Shown here: positions 16,310-27,800 of the stretch, piece by piece
How positions within the stretch are numbered: the stretch's first letter is position 1
Layout: every line of letters begins with the position of its first letter
DNA from: Methanobacteriota archaeon
Lineage (GTDB): Archaea > Thermoplasmatota > Thermoplasmata > SG8-5
Length of the DNA stretch: 42,267 nt
Direction: 5' to 3'
Assembly: GCA_030670795.1 (NCBI GenBank)
Contig: DAOVAY010000003.1
Span: forward strand, 1 to 42,267
The notes under the pieces: model-generated
The model's input: the letters and a program-made list of their open reading frames with translations, nothing else
Told to the model about the DNA's origin: nothing
Database searches by the model: none
Made by a program: the position numbers and the translations under genes

Positions 16310-19300
16310 TCAGTAGTTAATCACAGTCCAAACTGTATCAGCCGTGACCTGTATCCAGAAACCTTCCTCGTTATTGGAAATGATGTCGCTTGCTGGCAAT
16401 CTAATCCCATATGGTTCGTTATAATCGAATTTTGTCAATGAACCGGGCACGTAATTCGGACAATTAGCAATGAGATCCAACTCTATGTCATCCGTGTTCT
16501 TGTTCCTCTCAGCATATGGATAAGTTACAAGATTCCAACCCGCATAACAGTCAATGCTCATATTTGCCACATAGCCGGCTGTGCATAATCTAGTGGATGT
16601 ATCAATCTCCAGCCAGAAACCCATTTCATTAGTTATATCTGTGAGGTCGTTAAGGCTATCTGGCCTGCCTGTCCTGTTCGATAACCACTTTTGATTTACC
16701 GCGTCCCAGGCCATTACGCAAAAACCCGGAAGCCCCAACCCTTGCACAACATGGTCTATTGAGGTGGAACTCTGTACTAAAGCGGAACCCACCAGCCACC
16801 AGTGGCTAGGATTAGCCGCAAAAGCCATAGTTCTACTGAATTTGGCTGCCTGGATTAATGTTCTTGTTTCATGCCCAGCTACATCGTATGTCCTAATTTG
16901 GTAGCAGTATGAACCTGAATTGTTTGCTCCTCTATTGAGGTGTGTGTAGTTGGTTGTGTTTGTTGGGATAATTGCACTATCCAGCCATGAGTACAAAGTG
17001 TCCCCGGCTGGATCCCAACCACTCGTTCTGTACCAAATCTCATAGTGGTCCACGTCGTTAAGGCCGCCGCCATCATCTGCACTTAGATTCCAATATATTG
17101 TCACATCATTCGCGCCAGTGAGTTCCGCATGGGGATTGGTCGCCGGTTTGGGCAGAGTGGAATCTATACTAAAACTGGAATTACAAAGATCAAAATAAGT
17201 CAACGCGGATGGGTTTGTAACATTGATCCTGATATAACAGTTGTCTGAATCCACCAAGGGTAAAGGATTCCAGTTATAAAAACACGGATTTGAAACATAA
17301 CCAGATGATCCCGTGACAATTGTATTCCATGGTCCCCCAGAACCGGTGGTTGAATAGTAGATGTCAACTACAAGTTCATCTAAGGAGTAGCCAAAATCAC
17401 CCATCTCCCATGATATATCTTCGCTACCTCCTCCCATCCATATTTCCCCACCGTTTGGGGTAATTACTTCTACCCAGGGCATTAATGGAGTGTAATCAAC
17501 ATAGAAAGTGAGATTCTTAGCCTGACCCCAATTTCCTTCACTATCTTGTCCCCTGACCCAAATCGTGTACCAAGTGTAAAGTGTAAGACCGCTTGTATCT
17601 ATTGTAGCTGCGACTGACTCAATTTGCGAATTGAATAAACCGTCCGACGGAATCATTGGTATACCCGGCCAACTTGGTGGGTCAAAAGAATATTCGGCTG
17701 CTTGAATGTCATGGAATCCTGTATAAGTATCATCAATTGTTGCTGTCAACTGCGCAGGACTGGGAGTGTAAACAGGATCAGGCGTAATCCCGATATTGTA
17801 CACTTCAGGACCCTCAATGTCTGCAACCGAATTGGGATCAATCTGCCTCTGGCAATCATCAATGTTATAGACAGCCATCCAGATATCCTTATTCCTTGGT
17901 TCATATTGTGCGGCAAAAACATGATAAATGGAATCTCCGAGTGCCGCAAAGGTTGGGTGTTCCTTGCCTAAAGAATCGGCCGTCACCTTGAACAAACCAT
18001 CTGATGCGAATCCGTTAACCGTGTACTGGCTGTGTATGTTGGGAACAGGATTCGGATTTTCTCCAGCGCCACCTGTCGGTTCTTCCTCCCTGGTGAGCCA
18101 GTTACTACCATCGCTGGGAATGTATGCGCCCATTATAAGCGGTCTGCCGGTTGCATAGCCATTTTGAGACGCACTGGTTCCAAATGGGCCGGTAGAGCCG
18201 CTCCATGTACTGCCTGTATTATCAGAATGGGCTTCGTAAAGTGTGAACGGCGGGTCTGGTGGGTCCTGAGTTGTGTAGAGTTTGGCTACGTAAAGCCTGT
18301 TGTTGCTGGTTCCCTCATCGCTCGACCATATTGCTGGGAATACATCGTTCCAGTTAGTATTGAGCTGCGAAATTGCTTGTTGAGCATCCCAAGAACCCCC
18401 CCCATTGTAATTGGTCAGGTAGATTTGCCTTCTGACAGCCCCGCCCTCGCTCCGGTAGTTCACCATGAACACGTCCCCATTCTGGTCGGTGGTCATCTCC
18501 TGGAAGAAGTCGGGATTTGAGGTCGCGGCTGGTTTCGTGGCTCCCCAACCCACCCATGAGGCACCGCCGGTTGTTGAGTACACGTCGTAGATGTCTATCA
18601 CGTTAGAACTTCCGATACACTCTACCGTGACTATCAACTCCTCGCTTCCTGTTCCCCCCATGTAAATCGCGGCGGCTATTCGCCTGTGGCTATTATTAGG
18701 ATCTGGTCCAGCATTAGTAGCTACGACCTGTTGTTCTGTCCAAGTATTGTATGGCGGGTCAGCATACGCGCAATAGACATATGAAGGATAACCTCCAGCA
18801 AAGGGATCCGAACCGTGCCAGATTATCAGCACCCTGTCCGGATAGTTAGTACTGTTATGAGGATAAACTAAAATTTTTGGGTCCTGTGGAGCATCGTGTT
18901 GAGTGCTGGCTTGCCTCTCTGTCCAAGTATATCCATAATCTGTTGAGAATCTGAGATACACGTGCGGACCATTGGCATCGTATTTTAGATAGCTTATGAA
19001 AAGGTAATCATCAATGCCATCGTTATGTGTGGCTATTGTTGGCGAACATTCGACGCTAATTGAATCTGTACACCGGATTTTCTTCGGCACAGCAAACTCC
19101 TGCACGTCACACGTAATCTCTATCTTGTCTTGAGCTGGAGGTGTAGCAGGGTCGTTTTGTGAAATGGCCAAAAAATCGAATCTATATGCCTTGGGTGTAA
19201 CAGTTATATCTAATTCGATTAGTACAGTCACATCGGCGTCTTCGTTGGATTCCAAGTCGATCAAGTTTGTGGGAATGTAGATCACCGTAAAACCCGCTGG

Positions 19301-21817
19301 GAGATTGGAGTCGGTTAAGGCAATGGTGTCGTTTTGGTTGCCAAAGTTCAATATATTGTACCTGAATGTGGTCGAACCGCCTGAAACACACGTGAAGGTG
19401 GTGTTAAACTCCGGAGTCATCTCTACTTTATAATCCCTCTCAGGTCCGAAGTCTCCGGAGATAATAATGGCGAAGGGGGTGTTACCATTCGGTGTGTTTT
19501 CACCGTTGACCTCTATGGTCCATAAACCCGCCTCTGGTTCTTCGATGAGGACACGCTCCACGAGCATATCATCATCGTCCGTAAAACCCGGTAGAGACCA
19601 TTGACTAAGTGGGAGAAAATTGTTACCATTGTACACTGTTGCGTTTGGGGATGTTACAATAAGGTCCAGGTCGTTACTCAACCTACCGTTGTTGCCTGCC
19701 GTGTCCAACGTAACTAACGTGACCTTTAACGGAACCCTGTTTGATTGAATATTAGTGTTTAAAAATCCATCTGATACCGCGTCCCATGTATTGCCAGCCG
19801 ATATACCTGTTCGATGGTCGTAATATTGTACAGTGGCCGGTGCATCCGGGAAGAGAGATTCCTTAACGTTGACCCTGCCCCAACCCTGGTCGTTGCTTGG
19901 GTAACCATAACCCATGTCCACCCCACCATGAATCAAGGACGCCTTCATCAGAATGCCAGATGGTGTTATGCCTTCCATGTCGGTGTAATATTGCCTTATC
20001 AGCGCACATATGCCAGCAGCGCAGGCGCAAGACACAGAGGTCCAAGTCATGTCAGGCACATAATCGTGGTTGACAAGCTTGGATGCATCCATGTATATCC
20101 CAGGTTGATAAATATCCTCTGGCAGGTTTGGATGGTTATATGGGTCAGGACCGCCAGGATTGTACTGATAGGCTGTTGCTGTCAACGACACTACAATTTC
20201 TCCTGGAGCTACAATGTCCGGCTCATATCTATTGGGTGGAGCTGCTGGGAAAGGACCTCGGCTACTTCTCTCAGTAACAAGAGTTGGATCAGATAGGAAT
20301 TTGTACGCGGGTCTGTAGTTACCGGATGCCCCCACGGTCATGTCATTCTTTGCAGAAGCCGGAGGACCAATTGTGTTTGAGCTTGGGCCTGCAGGTCCAG
20401 CAGCACAGAAAACAAGGTTGTCTCTATTGCTCCACATGAACTGGTCTGCATCGACCGCTGTTTGGGCATAGCCGGAGCCGCCGCCCCAGCTGTTGGAATG
20501 GATTCGAGCTCCATCTGCACTCTCGGTCTGCCAACAGGCGGGTGTAACAGGACACATTCCGCCATTCTGGACATTGTCACCAGCTGCATTGAAAGATATC
20601 AGAGCTTCTGGTGCCATGCCTGCAAACACATGGTCACCGCCATATACATGATCGGTGGTATCCATACCATAGTGGGTTTCTGCGCAATAGCCGTTTCCTG
20701 CAATGATTCCGACCATATGTGTACCATGAGCATGCAATCTGTCATGTAAGTTCGCAGAGCAGCCTCCACTTCTGTGAATACCTACAAATCTGTCACCAAG
20801 CGGTCCGTTGAATAGATCAAAGTGACCGCTGCTAGCACTACCAGTATCGAAGCCAGTGTCAGTGATTCCAACGACCTGACCGTATCCCGTCAGCCCACCC
20901 CAGGTGTTGGTTGGTACGTCTATACCCGACGTCTCCTTATACCAAGCCAGATTTGCTGCGGTGCAGTACTCTGTGGCTGCTTGGTCGCACATTACATGAG
21001 GTTGTACATACTTGGCAACCACGCTAACTTCCTCAATGCTGGCAAGCTCTGGAAGAAGAGAAGTGTCTATTAATATACGTGCCTGGCTGTCATATTCAAT
21101 CTTGGGATTAAGGTGCTCTAATATTGCACCCAATGATTTGATTTGGGCGATCACGTTGTAGAAATCCTCGTTCTTGAATACGTCAACGTTGACGGTGTCG
21201 ACGGCCTCGAACTCAGATAAATCATGTGCAAATTTGTATGCTGGTTGATATTGTCCAACCCAGTTAATGAAGGGTAAATCTCCCACATTATTCTTCGTGG
21301 TTTCGTCCATTTTAATAATGTAGGCATGGTTGCTCCAATAATGGTCCGTGTTTATGGCACCGAGGTCTTCGAGCTGGGCCTTCCACTCCTGAATTATCGG
21401 TCCGATGAACTGTACTATGTAATAATCACTCGTAGCTGTTAGTTTCTCTGAGAGCGCGGGCTCACCGTTTTTTGTGTTAAAACTTATGGTCGGGAAGAGT
21501 ACGTTTGTGTCCACCATCTCAACCTCGTAACCGGCGCCCACAAGCATCTCTGCCTGTCTCTCTGTCAATTTGCTCAATGTGAAATATCCATAGTCTTCGG
21601 TTATGTCCAATGCGGAATTGTGGAGATCGTAAATCATACAGTCATCGAAGGTTTTGACTATGTAATATTCTTGCTGAGCGTCAGTCATTGAGGATACAGG
21701 CTTTGAATAAATTACACCCACTGGCAGCGTCATGATAATTGTTAGAATAAATACCCACAAGGTTCTATATTTGCTGCCCAAGCTCTTCCTCCTGTTCTTG
21801 GAATATATCGTTTTCAT
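16310..21817 (-). CDS. Secreted multidomain S8 (subtilisin/Kp43-like) peptidase homolog: propeptide, catalytic domain, PPC-like/Ig domains, Asp-box (BNR) propeller, FN3-like domain, C-terminal GWNL module
   Basis: Signal peptide; propeptide YYIVQFIGPI..EWK; triad motifs ITDTG, HGTHMVG, WTSVS; HSNSWG, SSRGP, PDIVAPG, QGWGRVN; Asp boxes STDYGYTW, STTGGASW, SDNTGSTW. Confidence 0.85.
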   Translation of the reverse strand: MKTIYSKNRRKSLGSKYRTLWVFILTIIMTLPVGVIYSKPVSSMTDAQQEYYIVKTFDDCMIYDLHNSALDITEDYGYFTLSKLTERQAEMLVGAGYEVEMVDTNVLFPTISFNTKNGEPALSEKLTATSDYYIVQFIGPIIQEWKAQLEDLGAINTDHYWSNHAYIIKMDETTKNNVGDLPFINWVGQYQPAYKFAHDLSEFEAVDTVNVDVFKNEDFYNVIAQIKSLGAILEHLNPKIEYDSQARILIDTSLLPELASIEEVSVVAKYVQPHVMCDQAATEYCTAANLAWYKETSGIDVPTNTWGGLTGYGQVVGITDTGFDTGSASSGHFDLFNGPLGDRFVGIHRSGGCSANLHDRLHAHGTHMVGIIAGNGYCAETHYGMDTTDHVYGGDHVFAGMAPEALISFNAAGDNVQNGGMCPVTPACWQTESADGARIHSNSWGGGSGYAQTAVDADQFMWSNRDNLVFCAAGPAGPSSNTIGPPASAKNDMTVGASGNYRPAYKFLSDPTLVTERSSRGPFPAAPPNRYEPDIVAPGEIVVSLTATAYQYNPGGPDPYNHPNLPEDIYQPGIYMDASKLVNHDYVPDMTWTSVSCACAAGICALIRQYYTDMEGITPSGILMKASLIHGGVDMGYGYPSNDQGWGRVNVKESLFPDAPATVQYYDHRTGISAGNTWDAVSDGFLNTNIQSNRVPLKVTLVTLDTAGNNGRLSNDLDLIVTSPNATVYNGNNFLPLSQWSLPGFTDDDDMLVERVLIEEPEAGLWTIEVNGENTPNGNTPFAIIISGDFGPERDYKVEMTPEFNTTFTCVSGGSTTFRYNILNFGNQNDTIALTDSNLPAGFTVIYIPTNLIDLESNEDADVTVLIELDITVTPKAYRFDFLAISQNDPATPPAQDKIEITCDVQEFAVPKKIRCTDSISVECSPTIATHNDGIDDYLFISYLKYDANGPHVYLRFSTDYGYTWTERQASTQHDAPQDPKILVYPHNSTNYPDRVLIIWHGSDPFAGGYPSYVYCAYADPPYNTWTEQQVVATNAGPDPNNSHRRIAAAIYMGGTGSEELIVTVECIGSSNVIDIYDVYSTTGGASWVGWGATKPAATSNPDFFQEMTTDQNGDVFMVNYRSEGGAVRRQIYLTNYNGGGSWDAQQAISQLNTNWNDVFPAIWSSDEGTSNNRLYVAKLYTTQDPPDPPFTLYEAHSDNTGSTWSGSTGPFGTSASQNGYATGRPLIMGAYIPSDGSNWLTREEEPTGGAGENPNPVPNIHSQYTVNGFASDGLFKVTADSLGKEHPTFAALGDSIYHVFAAQYEPRNKDIWMAVYNIDDCQRQIDPNSVADIEGPEVYNIGITPDPVYTPSPAQLTATIDDTYTGFHDIQAAEYSFDPPSWPGIPMIPSDGLFNSQIESVAATIDTSGLTLYTWYTIWVRGQDSEGNWGQAKNLTFYVDYTPLMPWVEVITPNGGEIWMGGGSEDISWEMGDFGYSLDELVVDIYYSTTGSGGPWNTIVTGSSGYVSNPCFYNWNPLPLVDSDNCYIRINVTNPSALTYFDLCNSSFSIDSTLPKPATNPHAELTGANDVTIYWNLSADDGGGLNDVDHYEIWYRTSGWDPAGDTLYSWLDSAIIPTNTTNYTHLNRGANNSGSYCYQIRTYDVAGHETRTLIQAAKFSRTMAFAANPSHWWLVGSALVQSSTSIDHVVQGLGLPGFCVMAWDAVNQKWLSNRTGRPDSLNDLTDITNEMGFWLEIDTSTRLCTAGYVANMSIDCYAGWNLVTYPYAERNKNTDDIELDLIANCPNYVPGSLTKFDYNEPYGIRLPASDIISNNEEGFWIQVTADTVWTVINY

Positions 21818-21864
21818 GTCTTAAAAGGGTTTCGACATTATTAATATTAAAAAGTTAGAAAATC

Positions 21865-24800
21865 TCACCAATCTATTACCCAAACTGTATCCGCGGGAAC
21901 GTGCACCCAGTATGCCTCTCCCGGCTTCATGATATAACTCGAGGGCAATTCTACGAGATGGTACGCGGCTGCCGGATCAAAGCCTTCGACCGCATCCGCG
22001 CTGGTGCCCCAGAGGGCGGTTCCCATTTTTACAGTATCATTCAATGTCGGATATCCGACCAGGTTCCAGCCGGCGACCAGGTTGATGGCGGTGATCTCCG
22101 GAGTGCCCGAAACCCAGAGAGTGCAATTCTCTGTCACACGAATCCAAAAGCCCATTTTTTTGTCGAGCTCGGTGAGGTCGTTGAGGACGGCTGGTCTGTC
22201 AACTGAATAGGTCTTCCATGGGTCGAGAGAATCCGATGCGTTGTATGCTTGTACAGTGTCGTATGAGCCGGCTATTGAGCCGAGTACACTCTCGATGCTC
22301 TTGTTAGGGGGGTCGAACGGTATAGAAACTAGGTTCCAGCCGGTGTATAACTGAACAGTAAACGTTTGCACGCTTAGATTAATAATAAAGCTCCAGGAAT
22401 AGTCCACCCTGGCACCGTAGACGTTCTCCGCCACAATCCTGCACTGGACAACCTCGCCGTCGCTGAATCCCGGGACGTGATTATATGAGATGTTGTAACC
22501 GTCCGGCACGGGATTACTATCATAGAAGATGGTGTAACCTTGCACGTATAATCTAACAGTAGAGAGGTTAACACCTGACGTATCGGTCACCCAGACTGAA
22601 ATCGTGGGGTCCAGACCGTTGTATGGCCAGTCGGGAATCGGGAATATATTACTCACCTCGGGAGGCGTTGGATCCGTGATAAACACTTCCCAATGGGAGG
22701 TCCCCATGTCTACGTCTCTGGGGTTGTCAACGAACAGATATGGACCGAGAGACGCGGTCACGATGGTCATATTTTCATTTTTCCCGGTGCTGTTAAGCCT
22801 TGCGTCGGTGACCACCACCCACTGCACGATGCCGTCGTCGCCCACGGTCTTATCGAAAATCACTTGGCCGTTGTCCTGAACCTCTATACTGGCATTAAGT
22901 GGCGCCCCCATAACCGTCTGGGTTTTCACATGGAGGAAGTTCTGGACGGTGAGGTTGGCCGCCTTGCCCGCGAAAGACAGATTAGCCTCGGAGAAGGTAC
23001 TGTTGAGTAACAGGGGGTCGCCGTCGGACAGAACAGTGACATCAGTGGGGTTACTTTCAAAGGTCGAGTTTATGAAGCGCGGTCTGGAGCCGAAGCAATA
23101 GGCCCCCGAGCTGGTGCTGTTGCTGATGCTCGAGCTTATGACAAATGTAGGGAGGTCATATCTGATATAAAGCGTGTCCAAGCCGACTCGGCCGGTGTTT
23201 TCGAACGAAATATTTATCGGGATGTCCATAGAACCCCCACCGATGCCCGGAAGAAAGCTCTCTAATTCGCTGCGGAAAACCGAAGCGCTCAGTTTATCGC
23301 GGCTGTCAAACAGTCCGGGCCACACGAACTCGTTATCGCCGTCACATCCGATGTCCACTGTAACATTATAAGGATGTCCAATGAGTGAGAAATTCAATAC
23401 ATATACGTCGTATTTTCCATTGGTCTTATTGAGCCAGGCGATTCTGTCTTCGTAGATGACCGGGTGAGAGTCGCCGTTTGTTTTCGGTTCTATGTCTGTT
23501 TGAATCCCGGTGCTCATATCATACATACGCACGCTCCAGATGTCCTGCACCCTGTCATGGAAATAATAGACTATTCTGTTCTCATACATATGGGCGGCAA
23601 AGCTCTGCTCGACCTCGTTTGTTATTCTTTCCTCCGTACTGCCAATTTTATATTGATAAATTTCCCAGTTGCCATGCCTGTTGTCATGCCAGAGAATATA
23701 ATTCTTATAAACGGATGGCGAGTACTGGATAGGAAGGTCATTTGTGACCTGGGTTAGCTTCCATTGGCTAATATTGAACAGGAAGATGTCAGAGTGTTCC
23801 TCTCCACCAGGAGAGCCCGAGTAGGAGTACCAGACTATCTTGTCCTCGTACATCCGCGGGGATAAGTCCTCCCGGTCGCTGGTGCTCAGTCTCGAAATCT
23901 CACCACCGCTGATGTTGAACATGTAAATATCATAGTTGCCGTTTCTCTCGTCGCTCCAGGCGATGTGGTCTCCGTAGATGGCGGGTTTCCATTGCGTTGC
24001 AGGATGCTCCAGCACGCACCACTCTGTGTCGTTGGAGGCCGTGTAGGCATATATGTCCAGGTTGCCCGACCTGAGGTCTGCCCACACTATCGTATCCTCC
24101 CAGAGCTTCGGGTTCAGCTGGGCGTTCGGATGGTCTGTTATGCGCACGAGCGCGGGGTCGTTCACAAGCTGCGGGGTTTCCATGTAATTGGGCACGCCAT
24201 TACCGTTTGAATCAACAGAAAGGTTGTAGGCGTATATCTCCCAGTTACCATCCTTGTTGTCCTGCCAGACAAGCCAGTCCTTATATATCGTCTGCCCGAC
24301 CTGGAAGTGACTGTCCTCTATAACGGGTTCGTTTCTGACTTCGTTGCCCTCTATCGCCATGCCCGCGGCCTTGAGCACAGCCCTCTTCGGAAGACGAATG
24401 CCATATCCGTCATGGAAGCCGCCGTCGACCTGGGTTGCCACCTCCTTTCCGCGACCGCTTTCAAAGACCTCGATTTCCAAATCCTCCGCATCGCCCATGT
24501 TGTAGATTCCATACATATTACCGTCAATCCGGCAGTTCTCGATGTACGGTCCTGAGGAGTAGATGTAAATCCCGTAATTGTTGGACGTGATATTCGTACT
24601 GCCTATCTCCGGTGCGGAGTTTGAACAGTATATGCCGTAGGAATTGTCAGAGACTTCAGAGCCGGAAATCATTGCGTAGGAGCCAGAGCAGTATATGCCG
24701 TTGTTGGAGTTGTGAACCGCACTTGAGTCTTCGAGAAAAGGAGACGAATCCGTGAAATGGAAACCATGTGTGTTCTCCTCTGCGGTACAGCCGGTTATCC

Positions 24801-27800
24801 ATGCATTGGCTTCGGCAGTCAGTTTCAAACCCTGTATGTTGTATAAGAATTGTGTGCCTATGATGTTTGGTGTGCCGGAGATGGCATACATTCCATGTCT
24901 TCCGTTCTCGAACACGGTCGAGTTCTTGATTATTGGGCTTCCGGAGTCCGAGAATATGCCGTCGTAACAGAGAGTAATCGTAACATTTTCAATCGTGGGA
25001 GCGGAATTTTGGACGTTAATGCCAGACGATGTAAATTGCTCTAATCTGCTGTTAACCATTGTAAGAGAATCCGAGCGGACTTCTATACTTTTTAAATTTG
25101 ACAGGGCGGAGTCTTCGATGAGCCCGGATGAGTCTTCCCCGTATTTCAGCAAGAAATCGCCCGGCTGTAGAGGTGCAACGGTGCTAATCGGAGCCAGTGT
25201 CGCATTTTTAATGTTCAGGTAACCGTCAATCACGGTTACAATCGGACTTTCGTCATTGAATGTCCAGAGTGAGGAATCGACCATTTCCAAAACCGCGCCG
25301 TCTTGGACGGTTACGTCCCCCTCTGCCACTATGGTCTTATCGGTGTAAGATTCGTTCGAGGACACAATATGGTCATTGGTCCACACTATCCAGTCGCTCC
25401 CGGCATCCGAAACCGTAATAATTACATTTTCATCGGGCGATAAGGTTGTGACATTCTCCCCCACCATCGAGCCGTTATCCGTTTTGAAGGCCATCAGCTT
25501 GTGCGGGGCGTAGGTTTCTGTCCTGTTCCAGAGAATCCTCTGCTGCCTGAAGGCCAGGGCTCCGGTGGTTCCGTTGGCGTCTGTTACGTCGGACGCACAT
25601 ACCCTGCCCTCCGAGTCGAATAATGAAACTCTGGAATCGTTCACCGGTTCCAGGGTTTGGTTCAGCACCGTCACATATGCCCAGGCGCCTATGTCCACAT
25701 AACTGGATGTCATGACCGAAATGTTATTTAGATTCAAGGTGGAGTTAACTACGGCCGCGTTCGTGGCCCTCCTCAGCGTTATGTCGATGAGGTTTGATAA
25801 AGTGGAATTCACGATGACTGGATTGCACTCGTCAGCTCTTATGCCGTAGGTATTGCCTTCGATGGTGGACGAATCAATCCAGTGTATGAGGTCGCTATCC
25901 TGAAGCCATAAGCCGGTTTCTCCGTCAAGAACTTCGCAATCCAACATCTTCAGGCTTCCGCCCAGGTCGTATATGCCATACCTGCTAGACGATTGGAAGG
26001 TGCAGTTGGTCAGGTCGAGTAGTGAGTACATTGAGTAAATCCCATAACTGCAGGATTGGATGTTCAAATCAGACAGGTCAAGGGTGGAAGAGAGAGAATA
26101 AACGCCCCTTGAAGCCCCGGACACGCTCAGGTTGGATACCGCACTATTGGCCTGACCCGCATATAGGCCATAGTTCCTGATCAGAGAGAGAGAGACGTTA
26201 CTGACCTGGCCGTTACCAAATGCCAGGTTGATGCCGTTGCGCGCCCATTCTACCGTCACGTTCTCGACAACCGGCTCGCTGTTGCCGTTGATTTCGATTC
26301 CGCAGCCGTCGGAATGGGTTATGTTGACGTTCTCGACGTGAACCGAATCCGAGGATATGCCCAGCTTGACCATCCATCTGAGTTCGAGGTCTGTCAGTTC
26401 TGCGGTGCAACCGGAATCAACCTGAATGTTCACCCTGCCGGGCATGAGGGGGTCTGTAGTTCCAATCGAGTAAATGTCGGAATCGGCTAACAATAGAGAG
26501 CCGTCCATGCACAGGATTTCGAGTGACGCACTCCGATTTGAAAGGAACATGATATCGCTCTCATTGACTGATAAATTTCCTCCCCAGTCCACAAGAACGT
26601 TGTCCATGGCTATGATGCGGCTCTGGCTGTATGATTCGAAGCCCGTTATCGTATGGTATTCCGCCCATACGTGAACGTCGCTCGGGTTTACGTCTACTTC
26701 GACCTCACAACAGCCGTCCGCAGCCAAAACCGTGGAATTCTCCCCATACCACACGTTGCCTTGCTCGAGGCTGAAGCCGATCACCCTGTGGGTGCCAAAA
26801 TCAAAAGAGCCGGACGATGTGAGAAACCTCTCCCTGAAGCACAGCCCCACGACGATGCCGGAGGTGTTGGTAACGCCCACCGATGCCGGATTTCCTCCGT
26901 TGTCCAGTATGGAAACCGTGATGTTGTTCATCGGCGAACCCGTCGTATTCTTGACTGAAACATCCACGAACTGGCCCACTGATGCGTGCAATCCGAAGCT
27001 AATACTGATGCTTGACTCGTTTAGGGTAGTATTAAGAAACCCCGGGAAGGAATCGGTCACCGCCCTCAGGTCCATGGTGTTGGACAGCGTGGAATTGACA
27101 ACGAGCGGCGAGCTGGAGTAGAGGTTTAGTCCCGTGTCGGTGGATGACGATATATTGCAGGATTCGACAACCGCATCCGAGTATCTCAGATTCAACCCTT
27201 GGGCATTTGAAAGGAACCGGCTGTTGCCGATGACCGGCGAAGCCGAATAAATGTAAACGCCGCTCGAGGTGCTGTTGGAAATCGTGTTGTTATCGAAAAC
27301 GCAATCCACCAGGTACATTTCCACGCCCAGATAATTGCCCTGGAAGGTGCAATTTCTCACCACCGCCCCGTCCTTTCTCAACGAGAGAGCATAATAGTTA
27401 TCCGTGAAGTCCATGCCCTCGAAGCTGGCATCCTGGGTCCGCACGGTTATGCCCTTGTACGAAGAGCTGAAACCGCAATCGGTTACAATGCTGTTGTTCA
27501 ATCCCAGGGTCGAACCATCGAAGGCCTCGAAGCGGTAGGAAAAACCCGACTCGTTGGAACACATCAGGCTGGCGTCATCGGGGGTTAGGGGATTACCATC
27601 AAGATCCACCATGTTGAATCCCCCGTATACGTCTATCCAGTGCTCTCCGTTCTCGCTTAGGTTGAGCATCAGGGTGGAGTTGACCAATGTCAGGCTGCCG
27701 GAGGCCAGCACGGTGAGATTTCCTTCCAGGTATATGGTGGCATTTGCATAACTCTCGTCCGTGGACACGTTCCAGTCGCTTAAAAGGGTAAAGGAACCTT

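Noticed and set aside
16291-16310. Amber read-through (pyrrolysine) at TAG stops
   Set aside because: The TAG-ending genes I checked finish at natural domain ends and have no meaningful in-frame continuation.
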